Program-made: the position numbers and the translations under genes | In this document: positions 58,085 to 64,000 of the stretch, one piece after another | How the letters are laid out: every line of letters begins with the position of its first letter | Numbering within the stretch: the stretch's first letter is position 1 | Origin: an uncultured Chthonomonadaceae bacterium | GTDB taxonomy: Bacteria; Armatimonadota; Chthonomonadetes; Chthonomonadales; Chthonomonadaceae | Assembly (NCBI GenBank): GCA_963835065.1 | Contig: CAWIEK010000049.1 | Coordinates: 416,001-480,000 of the forward strand | Length of the DNA: 64,000 bases | Direction of reading: 5' to 3' | The notes under the pieces: generated by a model | The model's input: the letters and a program-made list of their open reading frames with translations, nothing else | What the model was told of the DNA's origin: nothing | Databases searched by the model: none

Positions 58085-58645
58085 TCAACTTAAAACGTCG
58101 TCGGGCAGGCGGAGCAGTTCGCGCCTTGCGTCCGCGCCTATTTTGGCGTCGAGCCATTCCGCGAAGGCTACCTGCGACGCGAGTTGTTCGGTCAAAGAGG
58201 GTTCGACAATCGTAACGTCCACGCTCTCCGGCCACTCGAAATAGCCGAAGAGAGTTATGCGCTCACCGTCCGGCGCGTACAGGGCGCGCAGCCACGACTT
58301 TCGCGTACGCCGCAGATCGCGCAACCACTCCGTTCCCGTAAACTGATTATGCTGGAGGATAATCGCGCAACCTTGCCGCAAATACTGTTTCTCGCCGCGC
58401 GTAAGCAGATGCTGAAAATCTCCGCTGAAGGTGATATGCCCGCTGCTCTGTCCGTCACTCGCATAATAGTGGACAATGACACATTCCTGCATAAACAGCG
58501 AAGGGGTAGCCTGACACATCCAGCGCGTGACGCGCCGGAGTTCTTCTTTGGAACCGCAAAGAAACGTGAGCGGTTTTCCGGGTCCGGGGTTGAGCCGAAA
58601 CCAGTTTTGGAATTTGTACCAGAAGCGGGCAAAGCGGTCCTTCAT
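58085..58645 (-). CDS. Hypothetical protein
   Basis: Co-oriented ORF; no motif recognised. Confidence 0.55.
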   Translation of the reverse strand: MKDRFARFWYKFQNWFRLNPGPGKPLTFLCGSKEELRRVTRWMCQATPSLFMQECVIVHYYASDGQSSGHITFSGDFQHLLTRGEKQYLRQGCAIILQHNQFTGTEWLRDLRRTRKSWLRALYAPDGERITLFGYFEWPESVDVTIVEPSLTEQLASQVAFAEWLDAKIGADARRELLRLPDDVLS

Positions 58646-58733
58646 CTGCCTGCATCCCTTTAATAGACCTCTTTTATAAGTCGTTGCAAGTACGGCAAGC
58701 CTTATTTCATCCAACAGACTTTATGAAAGAGGG

Positions 58734-59381
58734 CTAATGTTTTGCTGTCGGGGCGGAGGATTTTTCCAATGGGCGGTAGACGCGCAGCCAACCGGCGGAA
58801 AGGTCCGGCAGGGTGTACACGTTTTCGGTCACATACAGTTTATCACCCCAATTTTGCTCCAAAACCTTGCAGGTCGCGCCATCTTCGCTCACTTGTTGGA
58901 TGACGGCGGTATGGTGATGCGTTGTGATGTGATAAATGCTTTGCCCGCGCCTGCCGTGAAATTCCGCATCCCGGAACTGAATGATGTCCCCGGCTTTCAC
59001 ATTGGTGCGGCGATGCTTGTCCAGGCTTTTCCCTGCCTCGCTCACTTCCAGACTCTGCTTGCCGTCTTTAACTTCGAGTTTGCAGAGGAGTGTGCCCCAA
59101 ACGTAATCGCCGCTTGCCGGAGCGTCTTTGAAATGCGTTTCCGCTCCGGCAGCCGCCAGCGCATCAGCGGCAAGCGCGGTACACTGCCCATCCCCTACCC
59201 TCTTTCCCAGCCGTTCACGGCAAAAGCGAACCATGCGCTCATTCAAATCTGCCGGTTGCGTCAGCTTCTGTTTGGAGGAGGCCGCAGACGAATTGCCGGC
59301 TTGCGCGACGGCAACAACAGTGCCAGCCATCAACAGCCCGGCTATAGCGGCACATCGCAGCATCCAACGTTGATATTTCAA
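58734..59381 (-). CDS. Secreted papain-like/CHAP-type Cys-His protein
   Basis: Signal peptide; GDGQC, GDIIQF, HHTAVI, EQN; GAGGAG SD with TTG start. Confidence 0.7.
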   Translation of the reverse strand: MKYQRWMLRCAAIAGLLMAGTVVAVAQAGNSSAASSKQKLTQPADLNERMVRFCRERLGKRVGDGQCTALAADALAAAGAETHFKDAPASGDYVWGTLLCKLEVKDGKQSLEVSEAGKSLDKHRRTNVKAGDIIQFRDAEFHGRRGQSIYHITTHHHTAVIQQVSEDGATCKVLEQNWGDKLYVTENVYTLPDLSAGWLRVYRPLEKSSAPTAKH

Positions 59382-59494
59382 AACTCCTCCTCATGCTAAG
59401 GGTTCGTATTTTTAACTTCAGAAAAAACACAGAAAAAAGAGCAAAATAACGCAAAACAAACGAACCCTTTGCCCCATTCAGCCGTCTAAACAGT

Positions 59495-59731
59495 AGAACA
59501 ACGTCTACTACACAGATGTTATACCCACAGGAAGGCTTAGCGTTCGCAGTTCCTATCAACTATCACACTATCAACTAAGAAGGGAGGTGCAAGTCCTATG
59601 TTTCACCCCTCCCGTTCGCCCTGACGCTGCGAGGTCACGACGCCTCTCTCCTACAATTTGACACAATGAGACATCGGGCTGGAAGCGCTGTATTGCCAAG
59701 ATTTCGACGATGACTCTACATACCCTTTTTT
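59495..59731 (+). ncRNA. Candidate small RNA / micro-ORF transcript, copy B
   Basis: Inverted near-identical copy of 13419-13580. Promoter GAACC(59462)-N16-CGTCTAA(59483); micro-ORF at 59598-59624. Confidence 0.5.
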
Positions 59732-59982
59732 CTAATCGTTTTTCTTCTTTTCAACATTTGTCTACTTGCAGCAATCCTGCCTTAACAGCCTCAACTTTGC
59801 TTGGAACGCGCAAGGACAGCGCAATCTTTTGCGCTGTCCTTTATTATACGCGAGGAATGGCTGCGAATAGCAAGCGCCTCACGACAACTTGTCGCATACC
59901 CGATCAAGCAGATGCTCGGTTAACACGCTTATCGCGTATCCGATCAAGCAGTATCAGACTTTCGCGTCTGCAACAGGCGCGT

Positions 59983-61572
59983 TTACTGCACCGTGAACGC
60001 TTGAATCGGGCTGACGGAGATGGAGGAGCCGACGGACGGGTCGTTGTTGGCGGGGGCGTACTGCGCCAGTACCACCACATAATAGGTATGGCCGGATTGC
60101 AGGGCCGGGCCGTTGTAGGTGGTCTGCGTGGTCGGCGCGGACACCAGGCTGCTGCCGGGCGTGTCGCTAAACTGCGGCCAGATGGGAACTACGCCGCCGT
60201 TGTTTGACTGCAAATCCGGGAAACGGTCATAGACGAGTACCTGATAATCGCCCGCGTTGTTGACCCCATTCCAGGTAAAGGTGGGCGTGGCGTTCGTGTT
60301 GGCGTTGGGCGAAGGTGACTGCACCTGAATGGCGTTGAGCGGCGAAACTTGAATGGTCACGTCGGCGGGGTTGCTGTTGCTGGTCTGGCTGTTGTTCGGG
60401 AAGTTGATGGTGTCGAGCCGCCCGACATTGTAGAAGTAACTGGTTCCGGGCGTCAACACCGGGTCCAGATCGTCGTAACGGTCGGCAAGCGGGTCGCGCA
60501 GGGTGGCAATGTCCTGAAAATTAGAATTGCCGCCGATGGCGCGGACGATGCTGTACCCGAACAGGTTGTTCAAGTCCTCAAAATCCCAGACGAGATCGGT
60601 TTCAATCAGCGAACCGGCAGGCGTCGTTCGCGTGGTCGTATTGCGCTTCCACGTTTTGTTGGCGCTCGCAAAACGGTTCTGCTTGAAGCCGCGCTTGTTT
60701 AACACGTAGGCTTTGATGGCATCCATCACGCTGTTGCCCGATTTGCCGGATATGCTGCGCGTGGGCGAGGCGGGAAACGTGAAACTGAACGCGCCGAAGT
60801 TTGCGACGGCAGGCAGTTGCGGGCTGGTCGTGGACGCGCTCAGGTTGAAATTGACATTACTGAGACTGGTATTGGTCAGGGTAAGATTGGCAGCGCTCTG
60901 GTTCAGATGGCCGGGATAGGAGGCGACGGCGGTATACGTGACTCCTCTGGGCAGATTGGGAACGGAGTAATTGCCGCCTGTGTCCGCATACACGGCAAAC
61001 GAGCTGAAGTTGGTAAAAGCCAGTCCGCCATTGCTCTGCTGCGCCGGGCCGGGCGCGATAAACACGCGGGCGTTCGGAAGCGCCTGATTGCCCGCATCCC
61101 GCACGGTTCCGCTGATGGTTCCCTGATTGGCGCTGTCGGAAACGACAAGGTTAATGTTGGCGGTGTTGGCCTCGCCGGTAAGAACTTCGACGGTATTCTG
61201 CCCGGAAAACGCGCGTCCGCTAATGGTCGCGGTGGCGGATACGGTTGTCACCAGGGAGGCTTGATTGGCGGGAACGGTGATGTTGGCGATGGAATATACG
61301 CCGCCCTGAGACGTGGTTGCGGTCTTGCCGGCAATGGTGACTTTCGCGCCGATAACGGGAGCGCCGTCAATATCCGTGACCGCGCCGGAAACAAGGCTGG
61401 TCGTGGCGGGCGTTCCGGGCGAGGGATTGTTGACTTTGTTTCCGCCCCCGCCGCAGCCCGTCAGCGCGCCAAAGCCAATCAACAGGGCAGTGGGAACAAG
61501 GACGCAAATCGAGTAAGCAGGCCGCTTCAAGGCTGTCGTGCGCGCGGCCAGGCGCGTTCGTGATGATTGCAT
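59983..61572 (-). CDS. Lipoprotein with carboxypeptidase-regulatory-like and FnIII-like domains
   Basis: Lipobox LTGC-GGGG; SGAVTD/SGTVRD beta-sandwich repeats; TYYVVV. Confidence 0.8.
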   Translation of the reverse strand: MQSSRTRLAARTTALKRPAYSICVLVPTALLIGFGALTGCGGGGNKVNNPSPGTPATTSLVSGAVTDIDGAPVIGAKVTIAGKTATTSQGGVYSIANITVPANQASLVTTVSATATISGRAFSGQNTVEVLTGEANTANINLVVSDSANQGTISGTVRDAGNQALPNARVFIAPGPAQQSNGGLAFTNFSSFAVYADTGGNYSVPNLPRGVTYTAVASYPGHLNQSAANLTLTNTSLSNVNFNLSASTTSPQLPAVANFGAFSFTFPASPTRSISGKSGNSVMDAIKAYVLNKRGFKQNRFASANKTWKRNTTTRTTPAGSLIETDLVWDFEDLNNLFGYSIVRAIGGNSNFQDIATLRDPLADRYDDLDPVLTPGTSYFYNVGRLDTINFPNNSQTSNSNPADVTIQVSPLNAIQVQSPSPNANTNATPTFTWNGVNNAGDYQVLVYDRFPDLQSNNGGVVPIWPQFSDTPGSSLVSAPTTQTTYNGPALQSGHTYYVVVLAQYAPANNDPSVGSSISVSPIQAFTVQ

Positions 61573-61751
61573 AATACAGAAGTTCTCCTTTGGGGGAAAT
61601 AGGGGTTTGACAAATACAGGCTGTGCTGTCTTGTATTACGCAGGCGAGAAGGGTTTTGTGACACGGGCACAGTCGCGCAGAATTCAAATCAAACGCGGTA
61701 TTCCCTACCCAACGCCTTTAGCCAGCGCAAGACAGGCGTTTTCAACACCTA

Positions 61752-63155
61752 TCATCCATCTAACCTGACCCCTGAATCCTGACCCCTGGCCCCTATTCTC
61801 ATCTTCACTCCCTCCCGCGGGCGCAGCGTAACGGCAGGCTGCAGCACAATGTTCTGACCGGACACGAGTTCAAAGCGGCAGGATTGCAGCAGGGTTGCCA
61901 GCACCAGAACGGACTCCATCAGGGCGAAGGTGTTGCCGATGCACACGCGCGGCCCGCCGCCGAACGGAAAATAAGCGTATTTGGGCAGGGTTCGGGCGAA
62001 ATCTCCCTCCCAGCGTTCGGGGCGGAACGTTTCGGGGTCAGGGAAAAAGCGGGCGTTACGATGAACGGCCCACTGGCTGATGATGATGGTGCTGCCTTTG
62101 GCAACGGCGTGACCGCCAATCGTACAATCGGCAAGGGCGCTGCGGCCAAGCACCCACGCGGGCGGATACAGGCGCAGGGATTCCTGTATCACCTGCTCCG
62201 TATACTTCAAGTTGGGCTTGTCGGCGGCGGTTGCGGGACGATTGCCCAAAACGGTTTCCACTTCCGCGCGCAGTTTCGCTTCCACGTCGGGATACTGCGC
62301 TAAGAGGTACAGCGTCCATGTCAGCGTCAGCGCGGTGGTTTCATGCCCGGCCAGAAACAGCGTCAGCACTTCATCCCGAATTTGCCTGTCCGTCATGGCC
62401 GCGCCGCTTTCGCTCCCCTCTCCTTCTTGCGCTTCCTCATCCTGCGCGCGCAGCAGCATGGACAGCAGATCGCCCTTGTCTTCCCCACTCGCGCGGCGAT
62501 CCGCAATCAGCTTGTACACAATCGCGTCGAGTTCGGCAACGGCGCGGGTCATTCCGGGCAAGCGCGGCGTGGGAACCCAGCCGGGCAGCATGGAAAGAAT
62601 GTGTATCCACTTTTGAAAATGGCTTTGCGTCAGTTCCAGCGCTTCCGACACGACACCCATGTTTTGCAGTTCCGAGCCGAACAGGGTTTTGAGCGCAATC
62701 GGCATCGTCAGCTGCGTCATTTCCTGATGAATGTCGCGCGTTTCGCCGTTGTTCCAGGTGGAGATATAGGAGCGCGTTTCGTCCACCATGATCTGCGCAT
62801 ACGCGGCAATGCGTTCGCGGTGAAACGCGGGCTGCGCCAATTTGCGCTGCCGCCGCCAGAAGTCGCCCTCACTCGTCAGCAGGCCGTTGCCGAACAGCAG
62901 CCTGCTGCGGCGCAGGCCGGGTCCCTTGCTGAAATTGCGGTACTGCGCCACCAGCACCTCTTCGATGTCGTCTGGATCGCCAAGCAGAAAGGCGCGGCGC
63001 GGCCCCAAACGCAGGGGAACCCAGTCGCCGTACTCGCGGGCGCAATACAGCAAAAAGTTGAGCGGGTCGCTGCGAAAAGCGGGCATGTGGCCCAACACAA
63101 CATTCCCCTTTGGGCTGTCAGCAAGCGCAGCAACAGACATAGACAAATTCTCCAA
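61752..63155 (-). CDS. Cytochrome P450
   Basis: AGHETT, ESLR, PERW, FGGGPRVCIG. Confidence 0.96.
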   Translation of the reverse strand: MENLSMSVAALADSPKGNVVLGHMPAFRSDPLNFLLYCAREYGDWVPLRLGPRRAFLLGDPDDIEEVLVAQYRNFSKGPGLRRSRLLFGNGLLTSEGDFWRRQRKLAQPAFHRERIAAYAQIMVDETRSYISTWNNGETRDIHQEMTQLTMPIALKTLFGSELQNMGVVSEALELTQSHFQKWIHILSMLPGWVPTPRLPGMTRAVAELDAIVYKLIADRRASGEDKGDLLSMLLRAQDEEAQEGEGSESGAAMTDRQIRDEVLTLFLAGHETTALTLTWTLYLLAQYPDVEAKLRAEVETVLGNRPATAADKPNLKYTEQVIQESLRLYPPAWVLGRSALADCTIGGHAVAKGSTIIISQWAVHRNARFFPDPETFRPERWEGDFARTLPKYAYFPFGGGPRVCIGNTFALMESVLVLATLLQSCRFELVSGQNIVLQPAVTLRPREGVKMRIGARGQDSGVRLDG

Positions 63156-63231
63156 TATTCATAGGAAACAGAATGATCGTTACTTCATGTACGTTCCGGC
63201 TTCCGTTCAAATTCGACACTTTTTCGTGTCC

Positions 63232-63999
63232 TCATGGCTGGGACTGCTGCATAAGCGCCCGTATCTGCTGCTGAAGAGTACGCGCCGATGGCGCATTGGG
63301 ATTTGCCTGCTTCAACTTTTGTAATTCTCTTTCGGCCTCGGCGGGCATGCCTGCTTTCACATACAGCAGGCCGCGCAGGTACAGAAAATCGCCCACGCTG
63401 TCTATTTGGCGGGCTGTCTGCGCATCCAGAACCTTGAACTGTTGGCTGTTGGAGAGAATATCCTCGCCGCTGCTGTTGGTGACGACAACCTGCCACGAAT
63501 ACAGGACGCCGGGACGCAAGGGTTTGCGCGGAGTCCATGTGGCAGTGGTCAGTTTCCCGCTGCCCGGAAGTTCAGCCGTGCTGTTTGCTTCCCGTATCTT
63601 GACTTCGTAATGCCAATTGCCGGCGAGCGCCTTCCATTGGAATTGCGGCGTTGGGGAAGCAACAATGGGGGCGACGGGCGCGAGCAAGGTAATGGCTCCT
63701 GCCCGCTCCTGCCCGCTGCCCATCGTCACCCCTGCTTGGGAGGCAACGCTTTTCATCTGCGCGCGGCCTGCCGCAAGGGCGGTTTCAGGATGGTCAAGCA
63801 GATGCGCCAGGCCAGCGTCCTGCTTTTGCAAGCGCGCTAAATTACCTTGCTTATCACGGAACCATTGTCCGCCCGCCGCCATTTCCGGCAGAGGAACAGC
63901 CCCGGCAAGCGGATTTTGCTTCAGCTGATTCTGCGCCGTTTGTAAGTCCTGCCGCGCTTGCAGAAACTTTTTTCTGAAGCTGCGCCACTTGCGTTTGGC
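63232..63999 (-). CDS. Hypothetical protein with Ig-like domain and C-terminal TPR (5' end outside the window)
   Basis: Frame open to the edge; PQFQWK...YSWQVVV; LRGLLYVKAG...AERELQKL. Confidence 0.6.
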   Translation of the reverse strand, partial: AKRKWRSFRKKFLQARQDLQTAQNQLKQNPLAGAVPLPEMAAGGQWFRDKQGNLARLQKQDAGLAHLLDHPETALAAGRAQMKSVASQAGVTMGSGQERAGAITLLAPVAPIVASPTPQFQWKALAGNWHYEVKIREANSTAELPGSGKLTTATWTPRKPLRPGVLYSWQVVVTNSSGEDILSNSQQFKVLDAQTARQIDSVGDFLYLRGLLYVKAGMPAEAERELQKLKQANPNAPSARTLQQQIRALMQQSQP

Positions 64000-64000
64000 T

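Overview
A GC-rich bacterial chromosomal window. The style of its PEP-CTERM and secreted proteins suggests Armatimonadota, but that is inference. The centrepiece is a 17-gene tRNA array: 16 genes at 14275-16286 plus tRNA-Ser at 31633. None encodes CCA, and several are unusual (Ile-UAU, Arg-GCG together with Arg-UCG, Leu-CAG with a short variable loop, Gly with A73). The array is preceded by a 59-codon leader ORF whose end overlaps mutually exclusive antiterminator/terminator helices, and it contains an rRNA-type boxA-like motif. Together these suggest an attenuator-controlled backup tRNA operon that responds to translation stress. A 15,263-bp satellite-like element is integrated in the array's tRNA-Phe, bounded by 61-bp att repeats. 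It encodes a tyrosine integrase, a P4-type primase/helicase with iterons, a 756-aa tape-measure-like protein and a PEP-CTERM cargo gene, with no recognisable capsid or terminase. A ~290-bp element occurs twice in inverted orientation (13.4-13.7 kb and 59.4-59.7 kb), with a conserved ECF-type promoter and an 8-codon micro-ORF. Diverse 7-9-bp tandem-repeat hairpins fill the spacers and also sit in-frame inside two genes. Other content: a glycosyltransferase/MBL cluster, HD-GYP, GH31, GH16-PA14 and GH42-like genes, a PadR pair, a vWA/YfaP membrane operon, a HEAT-TM-NACHT gene, a full suf operon, a PaoABC-like molybdoenzyme operon with a possible Moco-like leader RNA, and a P450. Several single-base frameshifts in conserved genes look like assembly errors, so single-nucleotide oddities should be checked against reads.
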